The position numbers and the translations under genes are program-made. The notes under the pieces were generated by a model, which was not told the DNA's origin, did no database searches, and worked only from the letters and a program-made list of their open reading frames with translations. Below, piece after piece: positions 1 to 12,333 of a stretch of 64,000 bases of DNA (positions within the stretch are counted from its first letter, which is position 1; every line of letters starts with the position of its first letter). This DNA comes from Antechinus flavipes (taxonomy: Eukaryota). The stretch is taken from the NCBI RefSeq assembly GCF_016432865.1, contig NC_067399.1, positions 89,900,001-89,964,000 on the forward strand, written 5' to 3'.

Positions 1-61
1 GAGCAAAGCATCATGATATAGTAATAGAGAGTTGGTCTAGGAGTTAGGAAATCCTGCGTAC

Positions 62-240
62 TGGGTAGTATAATAGAGTGCAAAAGACACTAACCCTGGA
101 ATCAGAGAATCAGGTTTAAATCCATCTCTGACATTTCTACCTGTGCGATAATTTTTCTGGGCCTCAGATTCTTTCCTCATTTCTAAAAAAAAAAGAATTA
201 GACTGGATGGCTTCTAAGCCTCTTCTAGCTTTGGACCAAA
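62..240 (+). mobile_element. MIR-family CORE-SINE, decayed
   Basis: tRNA-like head (ctggaatcagagaatcaggtttaaatcc), core cctcagattctttcctcatttctaaaa, and 3' gactggatggcttctaag. Confidence 0.7.
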
Positions 241-254
241 ATTCAATGAATAAG

Positions 255-425
255 TGCCACCTTTGACACTTACTGGCTATATGACCCTGCACAAATCACT
301 TAACCTCTCTCTGCATTCAGGAAGCAGTCTTAGATTTGTAAGATGCAGAACAGTTGCTAATACCTATTAAAGAGAATTTCTTTCTTGGGACTTCCCTACT
401 CTAGTGAAATCTCAAGTTAGGACAA
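255..425 (+). mobile_element. Marsupial CORE-SINE with a non-MIR 3' tail (MdoRep1-like)
   Basis: Core gacacttactggctatatgaccctgcacaaatcacttaacc followed by a tail ending ttccctactctagtgaaatctcaag. The same tail type recurs at ~22200, ~31385 and ~58090. Subfamily name is from recall. Confidence 0.55.
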
Positions 426-1134
426 AAAACCCAAAGTTTATACAAATGACTCCAGCAAAATGTCAGATGTATGAAGACTAGTACATGGAACTCCTGCTCT
501 CTCTAAGGATAAAATCAATTTAAAAAAAGGGGGGGAAGCAATTTATTATAAGCAAAGGTTTGCATTAGATTTAGTGATCTTTCTGAATTTTAAAAATATT
601 TTATAAATGTAAATATATAGGAAGCTGAATTTTGATGAATTGTAAGTCATCTGTTTAAAGACATGGTGACTTAACATCCATAAAATTCTTATGTTTTTAA
701 TTTTTTAAAAACAAAAATGCAAAGTTTATCTGCCAAGATCCTGTTAGGTGGATTGTTGTGCTCTGCTAATATTGTTGAAGACTCTTAAAATGATGATAAA
801 GAATATAATAATTCCATCTTTCCTCCAGGATATTTGAGTATGATGGAAAAAAGAAGTGTAATATTCCCTTTAGGGCTGTTTCCCTGAATCCTGTTCAAAT
901 AGGTTCCCATATGACAGTTGCTCTTCACTGCTCTCAGGTTCTCTGGGTATCCCTTTGGGCTCTGGCTTCTAAATACTATTGCTCCTGAACCTTCACTGGT
1001 ATTCTCCCTATTAATAATCAGAATCAGGTGAACTCCTATTAATTTTTAGAAAAGAGACTAACTGAAGAGGTATGGCATGCATAATGGATACAAAATGTTC
1101 TTCCTAAAGCACATGTATACATCTTCCTTTCGCA

Positions 1135-1535
1135 AGTCCCTTGGGAGAATGGGTTCAAACATAAAGTACAATGGTAGTGAGGAACACATGTGGCAAAGGG
1201 TACCTCCCAACTTTTTGTCCCAGCTTCCCCCTTTTTCCCTTTGTGGAGCCTTCATGAAGTTCTCCTTAAATATTTTTAGTTATCTCTCCACTATTTATTC
1301 ACAAATACATGTTCATCAGAAGGATGAATGTGGCCAGCTTGATCTCCCCAAACTAATTTCTTTGAATTCAAAGTCACCAAAGAAAAGAGAATGCAATTTG
1401 AGTGGATTATACCATTTTATGCATTCAGTTCAGAGCTGTTACCTTCTGCATTACTGATTCTTCCACAACCAGTTAGAAGACTTTTTGTCAAGAGATAATA
1501 CTAGCCTTTGAATTGTCATGGCCAGAAACTTACTT
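1135..1535 (-). mobile_element. Decayed Ty3/Gypsy-type LTR-retrotransposon integrase fragment
   Basis: One minus frame with in-frame stops reads FLAMTIQRLVLSLDKKSSNWLWKNQ*CRR*QL*TECIKWYNPLKLHSLFFGDFEFKEISLG...IVER*LKIFKENFMK...SWDKKLGGTL. A shifted frame continues PFATCVPHYHCTLCLNPFSQG. Motif order matches the Gypsy integrase core (IAMDI; LVxxD..xW; PLxLHSD..FE; LG; VER; WD..L; FA..VPH..T..SPF..G). Confidence 0.55.
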
Positions 1536-2555
1536 TCCAGTGTTTTCTCATTGTGGCTTAGACTGAAACTATCTCCACATTCTTAGAGGCCTAGACATTC
1601 ATTGGTCACTCCCTTTATTAATTCTCCCACTCATTAAAATTTTTCAGTTCTCATCTAATCAGCTGGGGTGCATTTTGAACTCATTGTATTTATTCCCAAT
1701 CCAAACCAATTCTCAAGGAACAAGTCCCAGGTAGATTCTATATTGTTCTTTTTGAATATCTTACTCAGTGTCTTCTACTTAAAAAAAAATCAGAAAAGTA
1801 ACTGTGTCATAGATCTTATATTGTCTCAAATTTACAGGCAGAAATTATAATCACCCTGCCAGATACAGTTATGCAGATTCAACAAAGAACATTTTATAAA
1901 ACTTATCAGAAGTTATTCTTTGTATTTATTAAAGTACCTGTCTTAGTGCTTGCAAAGGCAAGTTCCTCCATATCATAGCACCACTCAGGGACTACTTCCC
2001 TAACTTGCATTAAATATTGGTGGGCTAGGTCCCCAGAGGGATGCATGTGACTATCCTCAGAGTTTTAGAGGGAAACTTGAAGGGCTATATTTCTGTTATT
2101 GCTCATGAACCCCCACTAATGTGCTTCCCATTGATTATCAGCCACTTGTGTCAATTAGCTGTTAGAAAAGGGCATTGACTAAGATAATAGTCCAAGAATA
2201 TTTGGTATAAAACATTCCTCCTCAATTGGAGTCACATTCTTGCTCTAGACACATCTTGGGGAAAGTGGGCTCAAATTTAAAGTACAAAAGTAGAGACACT
2301 ATAAATAATTTATGTGACAGAAGAATATCTCACAGCCACTAGTTACTGGAAGTCCTTTTCTTCCTTTGTAGAGCCTTCTGGAGGCTGCTCTTAAATAATA
2401 GTTGTCCTCTGGGTTCTGAGACTTGGTGCATTTGTTGAGTCCATAACTGGCACATTTCACGGTTAACAAGGGATTACAGTTCCTAAAACTGCCACCATTC
2501 CAAGGTGATTTTTTTTTTTTTGGCAACTATTTTCACGTGCTTCATTTGCTATGGG

Positions 2556-2673
2556 ATGAATGAATAAATTATTTATTAAGCATTTTAAGATGTGTAAATC
2601 ACTGTGCTAAGCACTGGGAATACAAATAGAAGAGTTAAGACAATCCCAGCTCTCAGAGAGCTCACATTTTAAT
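2556..2673 (-). mobile_element. L2 3' tail
   Basis: gaatgaataaattatttattaagca...gtgctaagcactgggaatacaaa...gagctcacattttaat is the reverse complement of the canonical L2 terminus. Confidence 0.8.
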
Positions 2674-2764
2674 CAGAGAGAAACACATATGAAAAGTTTT
2701 CACTGCAAACAAGATGAAAAGGTCCCATGGTCCTTAGGATACAAAGGCAAAGTAGATAATAACT

Positions 2765-2870
2765 CCTCTTCCTTGATGTCATTTCTTGATAAAACCTTAT
2801 AAACTTCTGATATTGAACTATTTAATGGTAAAAGGACCCTGGTAAGAACTTGGTTTTCTGAATCTTCAAT
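2765..2870 (-). pseudogene. Relic of a Y-box protein (YBX3/YBX1-like) cold-shock-domain mRNA segment
   Basis: Minus strand translates, with two frameshifts, as ENQVL-TRVL / TIK*FNIRS..GFI / RNDIKEE. The Y-box CSD reads [33 protein letters not shown]. Confidence 0.65.
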
Positions 2871-3659
2871 AGATTTAACTATAGCACTTGTGAGAGTAGT
2901 TGGTTACTAGGCTGCATCTCCACAGGGGGGAAAGCATTATATTCTTCATTATTCATTGCCACTGGCTTAAGTAGACTACCATCAACCCTTGTCACCAGAG
3001 GTCCCTTCTGAAATATAAACAGACTCTCCTGAACCTGAAGAGGAGAGACCCAGAGACAGAGACAGACTCCAACCCTCCATTAAGTGATTTTCTTAGAAGA
3101 CTGACAATCTTCTACCCCTACATTTGTTTGACAATGGATTTTACTATCCTGAACTGGCTTGCTTTGTTTTCTATAGGAACCAAGAAGTCATCCAATCACA
3201 ACCTATTTCCTTAGTGGCATTAGTTGTCTGTCCAATGGTCAAAAGACTGTATTTTTCTCAAATTGATTAATGACCTACACATCCCCATCCAGCTTACACA
3301 CTGAATCATTTGACTGAGCTGCCTTCTTTAATTACATTAATTAGGAGATAGAAGTCCCCAGCCAGATGGAAAGAAAGAAGGAAGGAAAGAAAGGAAAACA
3401 GGGAACATAAAGTAAATAAGTAATAGGCTTGAATAATTGCTCACGTCATTATTTCTCTTCTTACTAGGTATAATGCTATCCCAGAATGAATATTGTGACA
3501 TTACAATAAACTGAAAACAGAGCTTATTAGAAATTAAAGGTAGCTCTTCTTCATCTATGGATTTTTTTTAACAAAGAAGTAAACCTCCAAAAATCCTAAG
3601 TGCTTTAGTTTTTTTATATCATTCAGGATATGGATCAAAATTAGAGATGCTATTCAACA

Positions 3660-3790
3660 AAATTTTAAGTTATTTATTAAGTGCCTACCATGGTCAGGGT
3701 ATTAGGCTTATCAGGCTATCAGACCCTGGAGAGACAAAAAAAAAAGTGACATTAAAACCAAGACACCTTGCTCTTAAGGAGGGAAAGACA
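3660..3790 (-). mobile_element. L2 3' tail fragment
   Basis: tatttattaagtgcctaccatgg...aagacaccttgctcttaaggag. Confidence 0.65.
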
Positions 3791-4589
3791 TATATGCAAA
3801 CAATGAAACTATAGGCAGAATATAAATTAAATTCAAAGGCAATGTCACCTCACTTCCAATCACCCTTTAGCTTTCATGTCAGATTTAAAAGGCATGTGTG
3901 TTTTCACAGAATCACAGAACTATGGAATAAAAAGGGGCCTTCGGCCAAATGACTGGCCCAAGATCACCTAGCAAGTTAGTGGCAGAATCTGGACTGGTTT
4001 TGTGAAACTGAACATCAACTTAACCCAAGAAACTCATGGCAGTGATTTAAAAGTATTACATAGATAATAGCTTTAAAATTTGACTCTCTCATTGTGACCA
4101 TAAAACAATTCTCGAAGGCAGCTTTAAATGAAACAGTTTTCATTGTTCAAACATCTAAAAAGCCAACCAGCTTTCAGAAATGACTAAATGACCTACTAGT
4201 ATTCTTTATTCTTTTTTCTTTTTTTAATGGAGGCTTTTGCTCCCCTGCTGAGACCACGTATTATATCCAGTTTCACATCAGAATGAATTTTTGTGGCTAA
4301 GTTTGAAAACCTCCTGAAAATAGCAATTAATAATGGAAAAGCTGACAGACCCATAAGTGTAGTGGCATGAATGGCACTGCTATAATTATGTGCCTTGGTG
4401 TGCTTATATACATGTAAACACATTATAAAAATATCGTATGTGTACGTGTATGTGACACTGTGTCCTCATACAGGTAGTTGGGGAATAGATTGCATATACA
4501 TTCAATTCAATTCAACAAATATTTATTGAATATAAAATGTGTAGCCTTGGATTAGGTGCTACTAAAAATAAAGTTTAAATTTTATATTT

Positions 4590-4770
4590 GGGTAACTCTC
4601 CTCATTTCTCAAAGTATTTTACATTTATGATTTCATTTGATCCTCAAAACAACCCCTTACTTAAGGATATTGTTACACCATTTGTGAGATGAAGAAACTG
4701 AGACAGTGAAGTTAAGTGACTTTCCATCAGAGCAATCACTAGAATCTGGTCTGATGGCTCTAATTTCCAA
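4590..4770 (-). mobile_element. MIR SINE
   Basis: catttgatcctcaaaacaacccc...gatgaagaaactgagacagtgaagttaagtgacttt (reverse CORE). Confidence 0.75.
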
Positions 4771-5783
4771 TTCTCAATTTTTCTACCACTCTAAATGACA
4801 ATCTCTTCTTCAGGATCAAATGGTATGTCTTCATAATTGTAAAAGTGACATTTCACTGTGGTAGAGTGCTAGCAGCCAATTGTCGATAGCTCTAAAATAA
4901 TTAGGAGCTTAACAGATTTCTTTAAAAAGACAAAGATAGTTCTTTGATTTTAGTATTTTAAAATTTGGGGAGACCCCCTAGTAGTTGTGATTCAGAGGAA
5001 TTTTTTGTCAGCGCTTCCTCTGAAATCAAGGAAATACTTTTAAAAAGATGTCTTAAGACCATGTCTCACTGAGCGAAGTCTGTATTTATATTAGTTTGCT
5101 CTCTTAAATCGGTCTCATCAAAACTCAGAGTTGGGATGCTACATTGAGTTGCTTTGCTAGAATCATGATCATTAGGATAGATTTCAATGACTTTGGAAGC
5201 CAAGGACAGTAGCCTTTTACCCTCATGTTAATAGAAAAAGGCTGGTGCTAGCAGTGAAATCTGAATACGCTTTATCTTCATTTTTTAAAATTTGGTAATG
5301 TTACATGTTTTTGTGGAACATTTCTTGGCATGAGACTGTTCACAAAGGCGTTTTCAAGGGATAATAAAAAGGACATTATGTAGCCCCATACCTACAAAAT
5401 CATTGAGATGTTCGACATTGTGTACATGTCTAAAGCTATTATTGAACAAACCTTTAGCTATTCAGTAACAGTGGATTTGTGTTACTCTTCTAAGCACTTT
5501 GTACAACCAAGAAGTTTCTATGTTAAACTTCAGAGAGATAGTGTGCATTATACCAAATACCAAATCATTCCATTTGTTATGTGTATTGCTTATGCATCGG
5601 TGGTTCATTTTTGATGTAAAAAAAAAAAAGAACTTGTCAAAATATTTAATTTTTCTTTTACTAACATCTAATCTCAGTGTGAATGGTCAGAAGCCTAGTG
5701 AGAACAATGAGTCTCCCTATTTAAGAGAAGTTCTCTAAATGTTTGTGTCCATGTCTGGTCACTTTCCAGTTTAAAAATGTGTG

Positions 5784-6091
5784 NNNNNNNNNNNNNNNNN
5801 NNNNNNNNNNNNNNNNNNNNNNNNNNNNNNNNNNNNNNNNNNNNNNNNNNNNNNNNNNNNNNNNNNNNNNNNNNNNNNNNNNNNNNNNNNNNNNNNNNNN
5901 NNNNNNNNNNNNNNNNNNNNNNNNNNNNNNNNNNNNNNNNNNNNNNNNNNNNNNNNNNNNNNNNNNNNNNNNNNNNNNNNNNNNNNNNNNNNNNNNNNNN
6001 NNNNNNNNNNNNNNNNNNNNNNNNNNNNNNNNNNNNNNNNNNNNNNNNNNNNNNNNNNNNNNNNNNNNNNNNNNNNNNNNNNNNNNNNNNN
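5784..6091. other. N-run, 308 nt
   Basis: Directly visible; both flanks are unique, non-repetitive sequence. Confidence 0.99.
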
Positions 6092-7914
6092 CAAAACCAT
6101 CTTTTATCTTTGCACGTCTAGGAGGATTTTACAGAAATAGCGCCTGTTTACTCTTTTTTCCAATAACAAACTAATCTTTCCATTCATAATAGTCTAATTT
6201 GTAGGATGTAGGATGGAGATGGCCATAGAAATGAATAATAAACAAGCATTTATATTTTAATGAAAAAACCTACTGCCTTTAAGTAGGTTAAATGCTTTGC
6301 TGTCCCAAAATAAATAGAAGGTGAATGTCTAATTGTATCATATCGTACTGTAAATCCTTATCTCCCCTGGCTTTATAGCTGGGTCAGTTGGCAGTTTCAG
6401 ACCGCTAAATCTCATACAGAATTTCACAGTTGCGAGGTTATATGTCAGATCGAGGAGCTACAAGATTTAGGTCAAAAGCACTTATCTGAGAGTGATTTCT
6501 AAGCTTGCTTACATAAAGCAGTGTTATCAGCCTTTTTATTATTTATAGGAGAAGAGTAATGTAGGACACCGAGAGGCAGGTGTTCAGCAGAAAACTTTTT
6601 AGGAATCCCACGTTTGTTAATACATGTCAGGCTTATCAGGATCACATTTATTACCTCTGATGATTTTAGGGCACTGCTCCATGCCTCAACAGAAATCTCC
6701 TGCACCAGCTAATCTGACCTCAGCAAGATCCTTGGGCTTGTCATGATTTTGCAAGTTGTAGCTGCAAAAAGTAAAGGCTTGACCTTGATTTTCTTTTCCT
6801 GGGAAAATATTAATAGCCTCCTCAACACTCTTTAGTCCCCATTAGTCTAGTAGAAAAATGCTTTGTTTTTAGGGAAAATGGGGGCAGACTGAGTTTCATC
6901 TTTGAAGAGGGAATGAGGAAACCAGGAACTTCCTGGAAATGTCTTGACTACCTGGGGTCACCAGGGTCCCATTTCAGTCCCTGGAAGAAGGTTTACTAAA
7001 ATGGGATCTTGTGGACTGAAAGAGTTAAATACTTCTCTAACTAGCAATTTATTCCTTCCAACAGAATCTGGTCCACCATTTATTATAGGAGGGGAGGGAA
7101 AGAAAATTACATGTAACTCAGCTCTCATCCAGTTGCCTAGAAGCCTATTTTCTACCATTCACCCCACCCCCCAGAATAGGAGGAATGGCTTTTAGGATAT
7201 TATGTGGTAGGTGGAACGTTCTCTCATCCTCCCCCCTTTTTCCCCTCCATCTCTCATAACAGAACAGTCTCCTCTCCAGCTATAGTTACTAGGGAAGAGA
7301 TTAGAGGTACAGAGGTCACCTGATGATGAATTTTAACATGGTGCCTTGCACTCATATAAATGTGAATCATCATTATCATCTCCTGGAACATCAGATGTAT
7401 TTTATCATTGTCAGCTTGGAAAATCCAGGGTACTGGGTGATTACGTGAGGCTCTGCACTGTGGGACGTGTCCACTCTGTTGTCTACAGTGACCATGCTAA
7501 AGTTAACTGTGGAGTCCTTGGCTTCCTCCCCCCTTTACCTGTATTTGATCAGTAAATAGTCTCTGTCTAGTCCTACCTCAGCATGGTGCACGCCCACAAA
7601 TAAGCACCCTCAAAAATAATCATCGACTGATTGACTAGTTTCTCAAAAGTAGCATTTATTGAATAAGTAAAATTGACAGAGGGCCTTAATTCATTATCTC
7701 AGCATAAATGTCTAAAAAATCAAAGTATGTGAGTTTTCCCCTTTTCATTCATTTTATATATTACCTCAGGGATCTCTTTTGTCATCTTTTAAGCAGCAGA
7801 AATGTAATACAATACTGCTGGGAGGAGTTGTCTAGGGAGAGCTTTAAGTATTTGATATAACATAAAAGCAACAACATACCCAAAGTTTTTGGTGGTCTTT
7901 AGTCCAAAATGGGG

Positions 7915-8040
7915 GGGGAAAAGGTGCTGGATTTAGAATGAGGAGACATCCTTATTTTGAATCCTGGCTGGCTGGCTCTCGGTTTTCCTCATCTGTAAAA
8001 TGAGGATGGAAGATACCCTTCTAGCTCAAAAGCCTAAAAT
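7915..8040 (+). mobile_element. MIR SINE, internally deleted
   Basis: ctggatttagaatgaggagac...ggttttcctcatctgtaaaatgagg...cccttctagctc. Confidence 0.7.
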
Positions 8041-11000
8041 GGCACGATGATAGTAGGATGTAGGAAGGGAGGGCCTCTTGTCCCCCAAACCATACTACAG
8101 AGTGCCAGGCTTTCTGACATTGGAATCATTCCTCTCAGGATGGACACATACTGGCAAAGCTAGAAAGTTTACATTTGTAGTTATAATGTACAAAATAAGA
8201 GCGTGCAGAAGGGATTTCCATTGAGCGAGGGCAGTTGGGAGAAGCTGGTGGCAGAACTGGTCTGGACCCTAACAGATTCAGAGAGTGACCATCTTCCTAA
8301 AAATTGATTATGTATCAAAGTCACCAAGAGAGCTCCATTGTTTCTCCTTTGCCAGCATCCCAGACCTGCTCAGGACCAAGTAGGAAGCACTTCTGAATAC
8401 TGGACAAGTGACCCAAGCCCAGGAAGACCCCAGAGTAGGATAGGGAAGATGCCTTTTGCTGGAATTCCCATATTTAAAAGTTTTCCCTCTTACTGAGGGA
8501 AACCAGTTGTCTTGCCGTCCATCTCCTTGTAAACTTCCCATCTTCCCTGGGATGAGACTGCTCCCAAATGAAGTAGGAGTTTTCCTTCAGGCTGCATGTT
8601 ATCCTCTTAGCCCTACTGTTTTGGAATAGAGCGTAACCAGCTGGAGAACTGTAAGACGCCTGATAATTCAGCTCTTTGCTGCTGTCCCGTCTTAATCTTG
8701 TTACACAAATGGTTGTGAAGAGATTCATGAATTTTAATTTTGCCCTCTGCATTAGTGCCTCATGTCACTCATACACAGCTGCCTCCTATGTAGAGTTTTT
8801 CACCCCTCCTCCTACAACAGGGGGAAAAAATTAGTTACAATCTTGGCAGTAGTGCAAGTTTAAAAAAAATCCACAGATTTAGGCAGCCACCCATGAAGCT
8901 GATTAACAGTCAGTGATCAGGAGGAACAGCTTTGCCTCTTAAACTTTTCACCTTTCATTGTTAGCTGTGAAATTTTATTTCCGTTAAAAAAGCAAGCCTG
9001 TAATCAAATCTGTGCCATTCTATACTTTCTGCCAGGGCTTTGGTTATACTGCACCCACCTTCTGCAACCACCTTGCTCTGGAGCCAATCTGCAGGAGGTG
9101 GTGGATGCTCTGAAAACACTGGCTTTGCATCTGTCCCAAGTATGGGGAGGAGAAAACAAAACCCAGCTCGCCACTCCTGCCTCTCTCGGACCTTTTGCTA
9201 GCTACGGAAGGCACTGCCCAGCTGGGCGGCTCAAACGTGTCCAGATGTGAGGTTGGCAAATTGTTGAGTGGCACAGAGCTCTGACTTAGGAAATGGCTGG
9301 AAATGTTGTCAGCTTGAAATTTTATTAATAAAAATCGCCTCATTCATGAAAATCGCTTTTAAAATGCCATTTCCTCTCAAGCATTGTTTTTTTTTTTCTC
9401 TATTTAAAACTACCTGTGTTGATTTATTTTCTCTCTGTGTGTATGCATGTGCTCACACACATGTGTGCACTTGGTAATGAAAATAGTCTCTGGCTCTGTG
9501 GTAAAGTCAGGACATTGTGTCAAAAGAACGGCCATATTGCATTTCTGCTTATCTATTCAAAATGCCACATTATAAGTGGCTGGTGCTCAGAATCTGTGTG
9601 GTGTGCTGTTGATAATTGTGGATACTGTAAAGGGTAAACAGTATGAACTCCACTCCTGCGGCAGCTATTCACAGGGTAAGGCTGAGTGTGTTACATCCAA
9701 TTATGAAGTAAAGCATAATGCTACTAATAGCAGCTATGTAATTTAGTTCAGTCCTCAAAGACCTTGCTTTAACCTGCAAAATTGAAAAATTGTTTTATTC
9801 ACAATTTGCTTTTTGTTCATTTTTTTTAAAAGGTGCCTTTTCATTTCTTAAAATTATAATTATTAATTGGGCACAGAAATATAGCTTTGATACATGGAAT
9901 TACTCTTAAGCCACATAACATTCCCCACCGAAGCAGGTATTTTTCTAACTGTTTTGTGTGTGTTTCAAGTACCCTGATGCTATAGTCTTGACACGTTCAT
10001 GATCTGGTGACAGGTTATAATATTTTCTTGGAGGGTTCCCTCCTCCTCCATCGCCGGAAGGGCTCACATATGGCATTGAACTGGACCTACCCCCTTCCAG
10101 GAATGAAGCCTCCGTTTTGGCCTGCAGAGGTCAGCACAGAATCCAAGTTAAAAGTGGTTTCTAGTCCATATTTACAGAAGAATTATTTATCCCACATATT
10201 ACCTCAGGGACTTTATAAAGAGCTCATTTGAGTCTCTCTCTATTAGTACATTGTGAGTGAGTAGGTCAGCTGATTCAAGCTGAGTAATCAACTTTCCTTT
10301 ATCCCCACTCCCTGAGGAAAGAATTCAGCTGCCTTTGCCCCCCTCTACCCAGTGTAAAGCATTTGGGGGGAATTCCCTCTGTCACTCTCCTAAGTTGGGG
10401 GCAAGTAGGATAAGAAATGTTTGGACATAGTAGGTCCTGACTGGTGATTTTGCTATAGGAAATCTGTGAGTTCATTTATCTACTATTCCTCTAAGAATGA
10501 ACAAAACGGGGAACTGAGATTAAAAAAAAATAAAGATTAAAAGAAAACTATGTTGGGGTGACAAGAATCTATAAAGACCTTTCCAAATTGATAATCTTCT
10601 AGGAAATGAATTGAAGTTACTTTAGTGATTATGCAACCAATACCTCGATAAAGTAGATTAGAAAGAAAAAACTAAATCAGCTTTTCCCCCACGCAAAGAG
10701 AAAAGTGTGTTAATTAATGAGGGGCCCAAAGCTTCGGGAGCCACTTCCCAGCTAAGAACTATGCTCTAGAGAAGGTCTACATTCCAATTACATTTACAGT
10801 AACCTCTCCTACACGAACTCATATTTTATTTTTGGGGAATGGGGAGAAAGCAGAACTAAGCTGCTCTATTTTAGAATGGAGGTGGTGTTTGTATACCAAT
10901 CCCTAAATTAGTTTATTTTCCAATTGAAAATATTATGCAGGGTGTCCTTATCCCCCATCACTTTTAAAAAATAAAATATTTAACAAGTATTTCTTAAAAA

Positions 11001-12333
11001 TCCAATCAAAGGTCTCAGATTAAACACTCAAAAAAATATGAGTTTGCTATTTATAACATACAAAATATCTTTTACCATTCTGGCAAATTAAGGATATGTT
11101 CATTCTAGATTTGTCAGTCTTTTAAAAAAATTTTTAATTTATTATGGAAGCTTGATGAAGCTTGACCTAAAGAGTTGGTGCTCTGTTTTCCTCTGAGAAA
11201 GGAGTTTTTGAATTTCACATCATTAATTTAAAAATAAATAAATAGCAAACTCTTCAGGAGCAGCTACCCTGCCCGATATATGAGCCCAGACAAACCTTGT
11301 TGTGTCGAGGCATTGCCAGGGTCTGGTAATGTCTAGCGATCTCTAGCACAATGGGGTGGGGAGGAGGATGGAGCTTCAGCATCATTACACATAGCTTGGT
11401 CTAGGGCTGGTAAGTTAACCTCCTGGTGAAAAACTTCACACTTTCTGGTGAAATCCTTGGGTAATATCATTAACTTCCTGAGTCAGTAATTTGTTTTTGG
11501 ATTTTTTTTTGTAAAATGCTGTTTGTGTCCTGAAAAGTGCTGTTCATAAAAAATTACTAATGATTCATATCTTCATAATGCTGTCATTGGGTTTCCAGAG
11601 TACTAAAATTATGTTTGCTTTTAAATTGTGTATCAGACAGTGGATGCTTAGGGATTGATATTTTTTCATAAATGGTACATTTATGATCTAGATAAGAGGT
11701 TAGTTATTATCTATAGATTAAAAACTCATCTTTTTATTTTTTAAATTTTCAGTTGAAAAATGAAGAATGGGATACATATGAAGAAGACCTTCATTATCCA
11801 CTTCTACTAGTTTTAAGCAAACACGGATAAAATACAAACAACTCAGAGAAGGCAAACATCAATATGTATAGTCATATATTTTTTCAAAATAATATGAACA
11901 TGTAATTGATAAGAGAGACATGTTTGGTTTGGGGATTTTTTGGATAGGTTGTTTTTTTGTTTGTTTTGTTTTGCTTTGTTTTTGTGTATTGATTATAAAA
12001 ATTTCTAAGATTTCTGCATTGTGTCACCTCCAGAATATTGTAAGGTTTTGAGTTTCAGGTTTTACCTTTTTTTAAATACAGTGATTCTCAAGTTCTTCAA
12101 AGCTGTGTTTTCCTTGTCCTCCTAGCCGACTTCATGCTTTTCCTAAACCAAATTGTTTTGTTTGCCTGTGAAAACTCACATATATTTGTGGTAAACTCTA
12201 ATGCTTTTCTGATTAATTGGGAACAAAATTCTTTTTAGTTAGAGTTTTTATAGAGGTTTCTTTTGGGGGAGAGATTTCTAAACAAGACATGTCATGATTC
12301 TTCTTTCCCCAAAAAAACTCATTTCTTTGGAAC

